A DNA stretch of 63,873 nucleotides, filler included, from an uncultured bacterium (GTDB taxonomy: Bacteria; UBA8481): NCBI GenBank assembly GCA_964499705.1. It is 3 parts of 3 records of this genome, joined end to end, with 100 filler letters (N's around TTAATTAATTAA, not from the genome) between each part and the next. Parts side by side here need not be neighbours in the genome. Positions count along the whole stretch, not along the records: positions 1 to 25,992 come from CAZCME010000031.1; positions 26,093 to 48,672 come from CAZCME010000032.1; 1 more part is not named here. One strand, given 5' to 3'. The position numbers and the translations under genes are program-made. Numbering within the stretch: position 1 is the stretch's first letter; each line of letters begins with the position of its first letter. Positions 17,478 through 26,913 of the stretch are shown piece after piece. The notes beneath the pieces were generated by a model. The model was given only the letters and a program-made list of their open reading frames with translations. It was not told the origin of the DNA and ran no database searches.

Positions 17478-19457
17478 TTGACCCTTCACCGTACAAAAAC
17501 CGTCCAGCATTACGTCGGACCTCATAAGATCTTCGTCGAGGGAGCCATTCCCTCGGCGCGGACGAACAAACCGCCCATCCTCTGCATCGGCGGCGCGTTC
17601 GACGGGAGCTGGGTCTATGCCCGGTTCACGCGGATCATGGCGGAGCTGGGATGGCCGGCGTACGCCATGAATGTCCGGGGCTATTACAAAAGCTCCTGGA
17701 AGAATGTCGCCGAACTTTCGACGGCGGACTACCTCGCGGATATCGCGCATGTGCGCGACGGCCTGAAGCTCCGGAATCCCATCCTCGTTGGTTATTCCAT
17801 CGGAGGAGTCCTCGCGCAGAAATCGGCGGAACTGCTGGGCGCCTCCGCGCTCGTGCTGTACGACTCCGATCCCAGCCGCGAGATCGCGCGCGAAGCGGGG
17901 ATGAAGATCGGCTCGAAGGAGCATGTGCCGCCCTTCCTCGAGTTCTGGCCGGACCAGGGAATCGTGGAGGAAATGTGGGGGCGGAAGGTGACACGCGCGG
18001 AATACCTGGCGCAACTCGAGCTCTTCAAGAAGTCGCGTTTGTCGGGAAAAGCTTATCGCGAGATGGAGATCGAGAAACTGCCCATTGGGCGGATCGCATC
18101 TCCGATCCTGATCCTCGGCATCAACCGGAAGAACCCGGCACACGCGGTCATGTTCCATAAGCGGGGCTCGAACTGGTTCGTCTTCGAGGGATATTCCCAC
18201 GGAAGCCTGCTCGTCAGTCCCGAGGCCGATCGCATCACGCGCATGGTCGCCAGCTGGTTCTCGCTCGGATATCCCACGCATCGCCGCCGCGTCTTCCGCA
18301 CGGTCGTGATGCGCGACGACAAGCCGACGGGGCTCCTCGCCAAGGGCGGATCGTTCGCCGGCAAGCACAGCAGGAGAATCGCGGAGCGGAAGGGGCAGCA
18401 CATCATCGTCGCGGATGAAGGAGTTCTCATGGAGCTGAAGTATTATTCAGGATGGAGCGATCCGGCGGTCCGGGTCACGGACGGACCGAGGAGCCATGAC
18501 GTGGCGATGCGCCGCATCGGCAACGGCCGCGTGGAGGGCGAGCATCTCTTCGAATCGACGATCGAGATGAATCACAAATCCGGGTTTCACCTGTTCGAAG
18601 GGCATGACGAAGACCGGCCGGCGCAGGGCGCCCTTTACCGGCCCGAGCTTAAATCGATCTGGCTCGCCGATGGCGAGATCTTCGGATACAAGCCACCCGC
18701 GAAGCCCTCGCCGCCGAAATTCATCGACATGAAGATTCATTCCCGTGAGCTGGAGCATGATTTTGCCGTGAGAATCCGCCTGCCCCGGAACTACACGCCG
18801 TCGGTCACATACCCGATCGCCGTCCTGAACGACGGGCAGAACCAGTGGACAGGCCACGGATCTCATGGAGGATGGCATACGGATTCCACGACGGACGAGC
18901 TGATCCGCCGCGGCCAGCTCCGCGAGATCATCCTCGCCGGCGTGACGTGCCACCGGTTCCGTAACCGCGCGTATCTGCCTCCTCCGATCGCTCGCGCGCA
19001 TCAATACGTCGATTGGCTCGCCAATGTCATGCTGCCGGAACTGAGAAAGCACTGGTCGATCTCCACGAATCCCTCGGAGATCGCCATCATCGGAGCGTCG
19101 TATGGCGCGAACAATGCCGTCTACGCCGGATTGAAGCGGCCCGATGTCTTCGGACTCGTCGGGGCATTGTCATTCGCTTATCTCCACCAGAACCCGCAGA
19201 TCAAGCACATCGAGAATCTGACTCATCGGCCCTTCCGGAGAATTTACGCCGACTGCGGCACGCGGTGGGCGGACGACCAGCCCGGCCGCGACGACTACAC
19301 CGTCATCACGAGGAAGTTGATCGGAGCCTGTTCCAGGAAATGGATGACGCACGGCAAGGACCTGATCGGCGTCGTCGCCGAAGGCCACTACCACAATGAA
19401 TTCTACTGGCGAAAACGGATCGGCGGCTGCCTTAGGTTCCTCTTCCGGATGGAATAG
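17478..19457 (+). CDS. tandem alpha/beta-hydrolase fusion (N-terminal hydrolase, linker domain, C-terminal esterase)
   Basis: two nucleophile elbows, GYSIG and GASYG; YPIAVLNDGQN and HNEFYW esterase motifs; start uncertain (TTG 17478 or 17442). Confidence 0.8.
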   Translation: MTLHRTKTVQHYVGPHKIFVEGAIPSARTNKPPILCIGGAFDGSWVYARFTRIMAELGWPAYAMNVRGYYKSSWKNVAELSTADYLADIAHVRDGLKLRNPILVGYSIGGVLAQKSAELLGASALVLYDSDPSREIAREAGMKIGSKEHVPPFLEFWPDQGIVEEMWGRKVTRAEYLAQLELFKKSRLSGKAYREMEIEKLPIGRIASPILILGINRKNPAHAVMFHKRGSNWFVFEGYSHGSLLVSPEADRITRMVASWFSLGYPTHRRRVFRTVVMRDDKPTGLLAKGGSFAGKHSRRIAERKGQHIIVADEGVLMELKYYSGWSDPAVRVTDGPRSHDVAMRRIGNGRVEGEHLFESTIEMNHKSGFHLFEGHDEDRPAQGALYRPELKSIWLADGEIFGYKPPAKPSPPKFIDMKIHSRELEHDFAVRIRLPRNYTPSVTYPIAVLNDGQNQWTGHGSHGGWHTDSTTDELIRRGQLREIILAGVTCHRFRNRAYLPPPIARAHQYVDWLANVMLPELRKHWSISTNPSEIAIIGASYGANNAVYAGLKRPDVFGLVGALSFAYLHQNPQIKHIENLTHRPFRRIYADCGTRWADDQPGRDDYTVITRKLIGACSRKWMTHGKDLIGVVAEGHYHNEFYWRKRIGGCLRFLFRME

Positions 19458-19463
19458 GGGAAT

Positions 19464-19566
19464 AGGGGACATTCTCCAACATTGCAACATTCCGAATGAT
19501 GCAATTGGCGTCACATCGGTCTAACTACCAGTCTTCTGAATGTTGCAATGTTGGAGAATGTCCCCT
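19464..19566. repeat. 29-bp perfect inverted repeat with 45-nt spacer and GGGGACA...TGTCCCC ends (REP/MITE-like, possibly a bidirectional terminator)
   Basis: AGGGGACATTCTCCAACATTGCAACATTC (19464-19492) versus its reverse complement (19538-19566), between convergent genes. Confidence 0.9.
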
Positions 19567-19575
19567 TTTACCCTA

Positions 19576-20430
19576 TTACGCTGCGCGGCGGAGTTCTTCC
19601 TCCGGCGCAGGTGTAAGCGAACGGGGAGCGGGCAGCGCGGGGATCGCGGCGGAGCGGCCGAAGAGTACGCCGACGGCGGCGCGCAACCTTCCCCAGAGAC
19701 CGCGGGGCTTCGTGCGGGTCAGGGCTTCCAGCCGGGCAATGCGGGCCCGGGCGTTCCGGCGCTCCTCGTCGAGATCGCGGATGATCTCGGCGGATTCGAC
19801 GCGGAGAGACGCTGTCTCGTTGCGGAATCGTTCAATCGCGCCCTTCAATCGGCTCATCTCCGCGATGAATTCCGCTTCGCGGCGATCGGCATCCTCTTTA
19901 ATCCGGCGCAGTGTTTCAAGTTCCTGAGTCACTTTTTCTATCTCGGGCCTGGCGGCCACGATCTCCGCCGGCGACGCTTCTGTCGTGGCGACGGGTTCAG
20001 CTTCGACCAGCAGCGCGGGCGCGGATGCGGCCTGCGGCTGAGATGCAACCGGCGGTTCACTCGTCAAGGACGGCGCTTCCTGCCGGGCATCGGCGAGCAC
20101 GCCGCGGATGACCGCGAGCGCGTCGTGAATGGAGAGACCTCCTTCCCGGATGAGATTCGCATATTGCCTGATCACAGTCGCGGCTTCCGGAGTGTAGACT
20201 CCGGCGCGACCCGGGACGGGTCGGACCATGCCGGTCAGCTTCAGCGTGGACGCAATTCTCTGGCGAGTGCGGGGCCGGACGCCGGGAAGAATCCTCTCCA
20301 GCGACAAGGCATCCGGCGATTCGAGATTTCCTTCAACCGTTGAAACGGTGTCCGACTCCGCCAAAGGTTGGGCGCGCCTGTCAGCGGGCTTGGAGTACAT
20401 GCGACGGGCGGGTTCGAATTCGGGATCCAT
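19576..20430 (-). CDS. hypothetical protein: MerR-like HTH, Ala/Pro linker, coiled coil, amphipathic tail
   Basis: GVYTPEAATVIRQYANLIREGGLSIHDAL; E/R-rich heptads; KPRGLWGRLRAAVGVLFG. Confidence 0.7.
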   Translation of the reverse strand: MDPEFEPARRMYSKPADRRAQPLAESDTVSTVEGNLESPDALSLERILPGVRPRTRQRIASTLKLTGMVRPVPGRAGVYTPEAATVIRQYANLIREGGLSIHDALAVIRGVLADARQEAPSLTSEPPVASQPQAASAPALLVEAEPVATTEASPAEIVAARPEIEKVTQELETLRRIKEDADRREAEFIAEMSRLKGAIERFRNETASLRVESAEIIRDLDEERRNARARIARLEALTRTKPRGLWGRLRAAVGVLFGRSAAIPALPAPRSLTPAPEEELRRAA

Positions 20431-20552
20431 AACTGCAAGATCGGCGAGCCCGATTCAAAACTGAAGATTTTTCACTCCGGTATTTTTTTTGAACCCCGCT
20501 TCGCTCCGAGTGCCATTGTGAACGCGGTCGACGCATGATATATTCCGCGCCT

Positions 20553-21341
20553 ATGACCACCATGGACGCGCGCCGAACCGACGGGCCGCTTGAAATCGGC
20601 GGCGTGAAGTACAAATCGCGCCTCATCGTCGGAACCGGCAAGTACGAGACGATGGAACTGATGGAGCAATCCCTGCTGGCGTCGGGCAGCGAGGTCGTCA
20701 CCGTAGCCCTTCGCCGCGTCGATCTCGGCCGCCCCGACAAGAAAACGCTCCTCGATTTCATCCCGAAGCATTACACGCTCCTGCCGAACACGGCCGGGTG
20801 CTACAACGCCGACGAAGCGATCCGCGTCTGCCGGCTGGCGCGGGAAATGGACATCGGCAACCGCGTGAAACTCGAAGTGCTCGGCGACCAGAAGACGCTG
20901 CTGCCGGACATCGTGGAGACGTTGAAGGCCGCGGAAACGCTCGTGGGGGAAGGTTTCGAAGTCTGGGCCTACACGAACGACGATCCGATCGTCGCGAAGA
21001 AGCTGGAGAAGATCGGCGTCGCGGCGGTGATGCCGCTCGGAGCGCCGATCGGCTCGGGCCAGGGAATCCTGAACCCGAACAACATCCGAATTATTCTTGA
21101 AGAAGTTTCCAAACCCGTTATAGTGGACGCCGGTGTCGGAACGGCCTCCGACGTTACTTCCGCCATGGAACTCGGTATCGACGGCGTGCTCCTGAATACA
21201 GGCATTGCCGGCGCGCGGGATCCAGTGCGCATGGCTCGAGCCATGGCCGCGGCGATTGTCGCGGGCCGCGAAGCTTTTCTCGCGGGCCGAATACCCAGGC
21301 GTCTCTACGCGAACGCTTCGACACCGGTAAAAGATTTTTAA
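20553..21341 (+). CDS. thiG: thiazole synthase
   Basis: [43 protein letters not shown]. Confidence 0.96.
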   Translation: MTTMDARRTDGPLEIGGVKYKSRLIVGTGKYETMELMEQSLLASGSEVVTVALRRVDLGRPDKKTLLDFIPKHYTLLPNTAGCYNADEAIRVCRLAREMDIGNRVKLEVLGDQKTLLPDIVETLKAAETLVGEGFEVWAYTNDDPIVAKKLEKIGVAAVMPLGAPIGSGQGILNPNNIRIILEEVSKPVIVDAGVGTASDVTSAMELGIDGVLLNTGIAGARDPVRMARAMAAAIVAGREAFLAGRIPRRLYANASTPVKDF

Positions 21342-21368
21342 CGACAGCGAAAAAACAAGGAGTCTCAT

Positions 21369-22319
21369 ATGTCCGGCGACAACAGCAACGTTCTGATCGA
21401 CAATATTCTCGACCTCTCTGCAGGAACCCCCATCCTGCAGCTCTCGCGCCTGGCGCCTTCGCCCGGCCCGACGATCTTCGCGAAGCTGGAGTGTCTTCTC
21501 CCCGGCGGCGCTTCCACGGACCGCGCGCTCCTTCATCTCATCTCGCTCGCGGAAAAAGACGGTCGGCTCCGCGAGGAATCGACGATCGTCGTTCCGACAG
21601 ACGGCGTGTCCGGCATCGGAGCGGCCATCGCCGCCGCCAACAAGGGCTACGGCTGCATCGCGGTCATTCCCGAGGGACAGCCCGACAGCTTCGCAACCCG
21701 GATCGGCTCCTACGGAGGACAAGTGGTGCGGACGCCCGAAAAGGAACGCCTCCAGGGAGCGATCGCGCGCGCGAACGAGCTTGTCAACGAGGATCCGGGC
21801 CGCAGGGTCATGATCAACCTCTACGAGAGCCCGGCGAACGCGGAGGCGCACAAGAAGTCGACCGCCACCGAGATCGTCAAGGTGCTCGGCAAGGACATCG
21901 ACGCGCTCGTCGTCGGCGTCGGAAGCGGCGGCACGCTTTCCGGCTGCGCGGAAATCATCAAGGGGCTCAATCCGAAGATGAAGGTCTTCGCCGTGGAGCC
22001 GGCCGAGTCGAACGTGTTGACAGGCGGAAAAGCCCGGACGCACACGACGTACGGCATCGGCATCGGCTTTGTTCCACAGTCGCTCAACCAGTCGCTCATC
22101 GACAAGGTCATCGCGGTTTCCGCGGAAGACGCCTTCGCCGGCGCATCCCTCCTGGCGAAGAAGGAAGGGCTCCTGCTGGGTCCGGCCGCAGGCGCGGTCA
22201 TCTCCGCCGCCCTGAAAATCGCGCCGGATTTCACCTCCGACCAGGATATCGTCGTCATCCTGAACGCCGGTGGCGACGCGGTCGCGCCTGTTGCCGAGGA
22301 GAAGCCCGCGGCGGCTTGA
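21369..22319 (+). CDS. cysteine synthase (CysK/CysM)-like fold type II protein lacking the PLP lysine
   Basis: [60 protein letters not shown]. Confidence 0.85.
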   Translation: MSGDNSNVLIDNILDLSAGTPILQLSRLAPSPGPTIFAKLECLLPGGASTDRALLHLISLAEKDGRLREESTIVVPTDGVSGIGAAIAAANKGYGCIAVIPEGQPDSFATRIGSYGGQVVRTPEKERLQGAIARANELVNEDPGRRVMINLYESPANAEAHKKSTATEIVKVLGKDIDALVVGVGSGGTLSGCAEIIKGLNPKMKVFAVEPAESNVLTGGKARTHTTYGIGIGFVPQSLNQSLIDKVIAVSAEDAFAGASLLAKKEGLLLGPAAGAVISAALKIAPDFTSDQDIVVILNAGGDAVAPVAEEKPAAA

Positions 22320-22350
22320 CACGGCGTGTCCTGACCCGCCGTGTAATTTC
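22320..22350 (+). terminator. possible intrinsic terminator
   Basis: ACACGGCG...CGCCGTGT hairpin right after the stop codon, followed by AATTTC. Confidence 0.4.
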
Positions 22351-22390
22351 AAATCGCTTTCTTCTTCTTCTCCAATTATCCTGATCGCGT

Positions 22391-23491
22391 ATGAGCTCGG
22401 TCCTCCAGAAACTCAAGGCCGCCGCGCGACAGCGCTGGGAGGCGATCCCGGAGGTTAAGTCGGAATCTCACGTTCATGCTTCCGGCGCCGCCGATTCTGC
22501 TTCCTCCCACATCGACACCGTCCGGCTCCTTCCCGTTGCCTCCGGCAAGGGCGGCGTCGGCAAGACCAACATGGCCGTCGGCATCAGCGTTTCGGTCGGA
22601 TTGAAATACGCCCGCGAAAACAAGCGCGTCCTCCTCATCGACGGCGACCTCGGGCTCCCGAACACCGACCTCGTCCTCGGAGTCAAATCCGAGCGCAACA
22701 TCAACGATCTCGTGGATCACAACGTGGATGACCTGTCCCATCTCATCCACAAGACCCGCTACCCCGGGCTCGATTTCATCGCGGGCGCGGAGGAAGCCTC
22801 GCTCGTTCTCGGCAACCTCTACTACCAGCAGCGCAAAAGCATCATGGGGCAGATCCAGAGATTGAAATCCAATCTCGTCGTCTTCGACCTCGGAGCATCA
22901 GCATCGAACGAAATTCTCGATTTCTTCTCCATGACATCCTCCGGGATCGTGATCCTGAATCCGGAACCGACATCCGTCCGGGACGGGTATGTCTTCATCA
23001 AGAATGCGATCATCCGGCGTGTGCGGCTGGAGCTCGAATTCTTCCCGCCGGTCAAGACGGAGTTCGACGGGATCCAGGAGCAATGCGGCGGGCATTTCCA
23101 GAAGATCCGCGCGATGATCCAGGAGAAGGGATCGGAAGAACTGCGAGGCGCCTGGAGCGGAACGATCGAGACGTTCAAGCCGATGATCATCGTCAACCGC
23201 GTCGAAACGTTCCACGAAGGGCTCGAATCCGCGCGGAAGTTCACGAAGGCCGCGGAACAGCATCTCGGGATCCATGTCCGCTATCTCGGATCCGTCATCC
23301 GCGACGACGCCGTCGTCCGGTCGGTGAAAGCGCAACGGCCGTTCCGAATCGCGGAGCCTGATTGTCCGGCGTCGAAGTGCATCGAGGAGATCACGAAGCG
23401 CATCCTGAACGACGACGACTTCGATCTCACCCGCAACTTCGCGACGTTCGGCAGGATCGTGACGTCCCGGCTCCTGGGGAGACCGGTATGA
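22391..23491 (+). CDS. MinD/FlhG-family P-loop ATPase
   Basis: ASGKGGVGKT deviant Walker A, LIDGDLGLPN, PEPTS...Y.FIK. Confidence 0.88.
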   Translation: MSSVLQKLKAAARQRWEAIPEVKSESHVHASGAADSASSHIDTVRLLPVASGKGGVGKTNMAVGISVSVGLKYARENKRVLLIDGDLGLPNTDLVLGVKSERNINDLVDHNVDDLSHLIHKTRYPGLDFIAGAEEASLVLGNLYYQQRKSIMGQIQRLKSNLVVFDLGASASNEILDFFSMTSSGIVILNPEPTSVRDGYVFIKNAIIRRVRLELEFFPPVKTEFDGIQEQCGGHFQKIRAMIQEKGSEELRGAWSGTIETFKPMIIVNRVETFHEGLESARKFTKAAEQHLGIHVRYLGSVIRDDAVVRSVKAQRPFRIAEPDCPASKCIEEITKRILNDDDFDLTRNFATFGRIVTSRLLGRPV

Positions 23492-25281
23492 GCACGCCGG
23501 AAACATTCAGCGCGGAGCCACGCGCGGCGGAAACGGCGAAGATCGTCGCCCTGCCTTCCGCGCAACCGGGAGCGGCCGCGGCACAGCCGGTATCACCGGA
23601 CGAAGAAAGCGTCGCGGGAGGCACCGCCGTGCTGGACGATGATGTGTACGGATTCCAGGAGAAGCCGTTCCACGTCACACCCGACGCGCGGATGGTCTAC
23701 GCGCACCGCCGCTACGAAGAGGCGCTCTCCGCGTTGAACTATTCCGTCATGAAGGGCAAGGGTTTCGCCGTCATCACGGGCGAGGTTGGCACGGGAAAGA
23801 CCACGCTCCTGCGGCACTACGTCAGCATGCTGGATTCTTCCGTGCGGTACGCGGTCATCTTCAACACGTGGCTCGGCGGCGCGGAGCTCCTCGCGGCCAT
23901 CGCGGACGATCTCTGCATCGATGCGCCGGCCCTCGCGGAGAAACCCCTGAACCGCAAGGCGCTCCTCGACGCCATCAACGATTTCCTCATCCGCGAGTTC
24001 GAGGCGCAGCATGCCGTCGTCGTCTTCATCGACGAAGCGCAGAATCTCTCCATCGAGGCGCTCGAATCGCTGCGCATGCTTTCCAACCTCGAAACGGAAA
24101 CGGAGAAGCTCATCCAGATCGTTCTGCTCGGCCAGCCGGAGCTGCAGGATCTTCTGGCGCGCGACGAGCTCTGGCAGCTCCGCAGCCGCATCGCGGTGGC
24201 CTATCACCTCTCGCCGATGGACGCGGAGGAGACCGCGGCGTACGTCACGCACCGGATTACGATGGCCCGTCCGAGAAAGCCGGTCTCCTTTTCCAGGCAG
24301 GCGTTCAAGATCCTGCATCGGTACTCGGGCGGATGTCCGCGGATCATCAACATCATCTGCGACCAGTGTCTCGTTGCCGGATCCGAACTGCGCGCCGAAG
24401 TGATCGATCGCGATATCATGGAAAGCGTCATTGCGGGATTCGAGCACCTCGATCGTCCGGGCCGCGGCCGTTACGACCTCCCGACCGTGCTCGTGGCGAT
24501 GGCCGTCGTCGTCCTCCTGGGAGCGCTCGTGGGCGCGGCGATCACGTCGTGGGGCCGAGATGCCCGGCGGGATGAGCGCTTGATGTCGCGCGCACTGCCG
24601 GTCAATCCCGTCCCCGCGGCGACCGCCGAGAAACCGGCCGCGCAGATGATCATGCCTCCGCCGGCCGCGCCCGCCGTGACCGAGCCCATCCCTTCAGCGG
24701 CGCCAGCCGTGGCTCCATCGCCCACGGTCCTGTCTCCCCTGCGCGCGCTTGTGGCTTCGCATTCCGTTCCGGCGCCCGAGGGTTTCGACCGCATGGCGCT
24801 GCCCGCCGTCGCTTCCGTGACCGGCCTGGTTCATACCGAGCTTCGCCTGAACGCGGCGACCATCGAAGCGCTCCGCCTGCCCGCCATTCTCATGCCCGGC
24901 AATCCGGTCCTCCTGAACGACGCCGCCGCGATCATCTCCAAATCCGAAGGTGGAACATGGACCGTCGAAACGATCGATCACGGTTCGACCTCGATTCCCG
25001 CGCCCGCTTTCGCCGTGCCCGTCTCCTTTCTCGCGCCTGCCCGCCCCTGGATGAAACGGACGCTCTACTGGAGAAACTACGGGCCGGAGATCACGGAAGT
25101 GCAGAAGGTCCTCGTGAAATCCGGCATCCTGGCCGGCGAGCCCACGAACCGGTTCGATCGTCGCACCATCGACGCCGTGAAGAAACTGCAGGAAAAATAT
25201 AAGCTCCCCGTCGACGGCGTGATCGGTCCGGCAACGGCGATGGCGCTCTTTGCCGAGGAACAAAGGGCGGAAGGAAGATAG
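23488..25281 (+). CDS. ExeA/GspA-family AAA ATPase with TM helix and C-terminal peptidoglycan-binding domain
   Basis: YGFQEKPF..TPD, ITGEVGTGKT, IDEAQNL, LLGQPEL, GCPRIIN..CD; AVKKLQEKYKLPVDGVIGPAT. Confidence 0.9.
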   Translation: MSTPETFSAEPRAAETAKIVALPSAQPGAAAAQPVSPDEESVAGGTAVLDDDVYGFQEKPFHVTPDARMVYAHRRYEEALSALNYSVMKGKGFAVITGEVGTGKTTLLRHYVSMLDSSVRYAVIFNTWLGGAELLAAIADDLCIDAPALAEKPLNRKALLDAINDFLIREFEAQHAVVVFIDEAQNLSIEALESLRMLSNLETETEKLIQIVLLGQPELQDLLARDELWQLRSRIAVAYHLSPMDAEETAAYVTHRITMARPRKPVSFSRQAFKILHRYSGGCPRIINIICDQCLVAGSELRAEVIDRDIMESVIAGFEHLDRPGRGRYDLPTVLVAMAVVVLLGALVGAAITSWGRDARRDERLMSRALPVNPVPAATAEKPAAQMIMPPPAAPAVTEPIPSAAPAVAPSPTVLSPLRALVASHSVPAPEGFDRMALPAVASVTGLVHTELRLNAATIEALRLPAILMPGNPVLLNDAAAIISKSEGGTWTVETIDHGSTSIPAPAFAVPVSFLAPARPWMKRTLYWRNYGPEITEVQKVLVKSGILAGEPTNRFDRRTIDAVKKLQEKYKLPVDGVIGPATAMALFAEEQRAEGR

Positions 25282-25304
25282 CTTCCTGGGGACCGGCCGG
25301 CTCC

Positions 25305-25937
25305 ATGCCGCATAGTCACGACTGTCCTTGTTGCGCTCGCGACATCGAGGTCGGCGCGGCGCGCTGTCCGCACTGCGGACTGGAACTCACCTGGGTGAAC
25401 AAGATGGAAGTGTCCGGAGACGCGGAGGAAAACCCCTTCGAGTTCGTTCTCGCAACGTTCAATCCGATCGATGCCGCGCTTCTGGATTCCGTTCTGACCA
25501 AGGAAGGCATCACGTTTCAACTCGTCGGTGAAGCGTTCAACGCGGTCCTTCCCACCGTGGATCCCATCCGGCTCCTCGTTCTGAAATCCGATATTCCGGC
25601 CGCCCGCCGCATCATCGCGGACCTGGATCTCTCCTACATGCTTGCGGCGCAGGAATCATCCGCGCATGCTCCGGGGGATTCGGATTCGGGTGAGGAACCG
25701 GTTTGGATTCTGCCGGTTGAGCTGGAAAGCGCTCCGGCCATTGAAGAGGAGGAAGAACCTGAGGAACTGGAATCGCCTACGTCTCCGTTTTTCCATTTTC
25801 TGTCCGCCGCGGCGTTCCTGCTGCTCTTTATGCTGCTCGTGTATTATCTCGTGACCAGTAAACCGGTGAACTCCCATCGAACGCTCCAGGACCGCATGGC
25901 CGGATCCGCGTCCCACAAGAGTCCCACCGGCAATTAG
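25305..25937 (+). CDS. zinc-ribbon plus DUF2007-like (PII-like) membrane protein
   Basis: CPCC...CPHCG; NPIDAALLDSVLTKEGI...IRLLVLKSD; C-terminal TM helix. Confidence 0.7.
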   Translation: MPHSHDCPCCARDIEVGAARCPHCGLELTWVNKMEVSGDAEENPFEFVLATFNPIDAALLDSVLTKEGITFQLVGEAFNAVLPTVDPIRLLVLKSDIPAARRIIADLDLSYMLAAQESSAHAPGDSDSGEEPVWILPVELESAPAIEEEEEPEELESPTSPFFHFLSAAAFLLLFMLLVYYLVTSKPVNSHRTLQDRMAGSASHKSPTGN

Positions 25938-25992
25938 CCCAACTTCAACAGTTTGGAAGCTTGAATGACGCTGGCGGGCAAATAGAGGCCGA

Positions 25993-26092
25993 NNNNNNNN
26001 NNNNNNNNNNNNNNNNNNNNNNNNNNNNNNNNNNNNTTAATTAATTAANNNNNNNNNNNNNNNNNNNNNNNNNNNNNNNNNNNNNNNNNNNN
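25993..26092. other. artificial contig linker
   Basis: N-run enclosing TTAATTAATTAA (stop codons in all six frames). Confidence 0.97.
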
Positions 26093-26162
26093 TGGGGGAC
26101 TAGGATTCGAACCTAGATAAACGGAGTCAGAGTCCGTTGTCCTACCGTTGGACGATCCCCCA
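26093..26162 (-). tRNA. tRNA-Gln(CTG), 3' end cut by the contig end
   Basis: reverse complement TGGGGGATCGTCCAACGGTAGGACAACGGA-CTCTGAC-TCCGTTTATCTAGGTTCGAATCCTAGTCCCCCA forms a cloverleaf. Confidence 0.95.
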
Positions 26163-26277
26163 AGGTTGCAGGGTTCTGCGGATGATTAGCTTCTGGAAGA
26201 ACAGCCCTTGCGTCAAGAGCGGAAATGGGGCGGGAATTGAATTGCGCTTCCCGCGCGGGCCTCCTAAAATTAACTCC

Positions 26278-26913
26278 ATGACGACTCCGAACAATAACGC
26301 CTGTCTCCCGGAATGGCAGGTCGCTCCGCCTCTGCCGGGACCCGATCCGGGTATCACCGTGCACGAGGACGCGCACGACAAGGACATGGCTCCGGGTCTG
26401 AAACTTTTGCGCCTGGAGGACGCCGTCAACTGGGCGCGCTCCAATTCGCTCTGGCCCCTGACGTTCGGTCTCGCCTGCTGCGCGATCGAGATGATGGCGA
26501 CGATGGATCCCCGGTTCGATCTCTCGCGATTCGGTTCGGAGGTCTTTCGCGGTTCGCCGCGGCAGGCGGACCTCATGATCGTCGCGGGAACGGTCAACAA
26601 GAAGATGGCGCCTGTCGTCAAACAGCTCTATGACCAGATGGCCGAACCGAAATGGGTCATCGCGATGGGGGTCTGCGCGTCCACCGGAGGCATGTATCGC
26701 GTCTACAATGTCGTCCAGGGCGTCGACCGCGTCATTCCCGTCGACGTCTACGTGGCGGGTTGCCCGCCCCGACCCGAAGCCCTGATCGACGGCATCATGG
26801 AACTGCAGCGCATGATCCGCGGCGAGATCGCCCGGCCCCGCCCCGCCGAATGGATCAAGCATCGGACCGATACCAACACGTACTTCACTCCCGGAGTCAA
26901 GGCGTCATGCTGA
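26278..26913 (+). CDS. nuoB: NADH-quinone oxidoreductase subunit B
   Basis: [57 protein letters not shown]. Confidence 0.95.
   Translation: MTTPNNNACLPEWQVAPPLPGPDPGITVHEDAHDKDMAPGLKLLRLEDAVNWARSNSLWPLTFGLACCAIEMMATMDPRFDLSRFGSEVFRGSPRQADLMIVAGTVNKKMAPVVKQLYDQMAEPKWVIAMGVCASTGGMYRVYNVVQGVDRVIPVDVYVAGCPPRPEALIDGIMELQRMIRGEIARPRPAEWIKHRTDTNTYFTPGVKASC

Noticed and set aside
26037-26048. TTAATTAATTAA palindrome, also at 48717-48728
   Set aside because: Artificial six-frame-stop linker inside N runs, not biological
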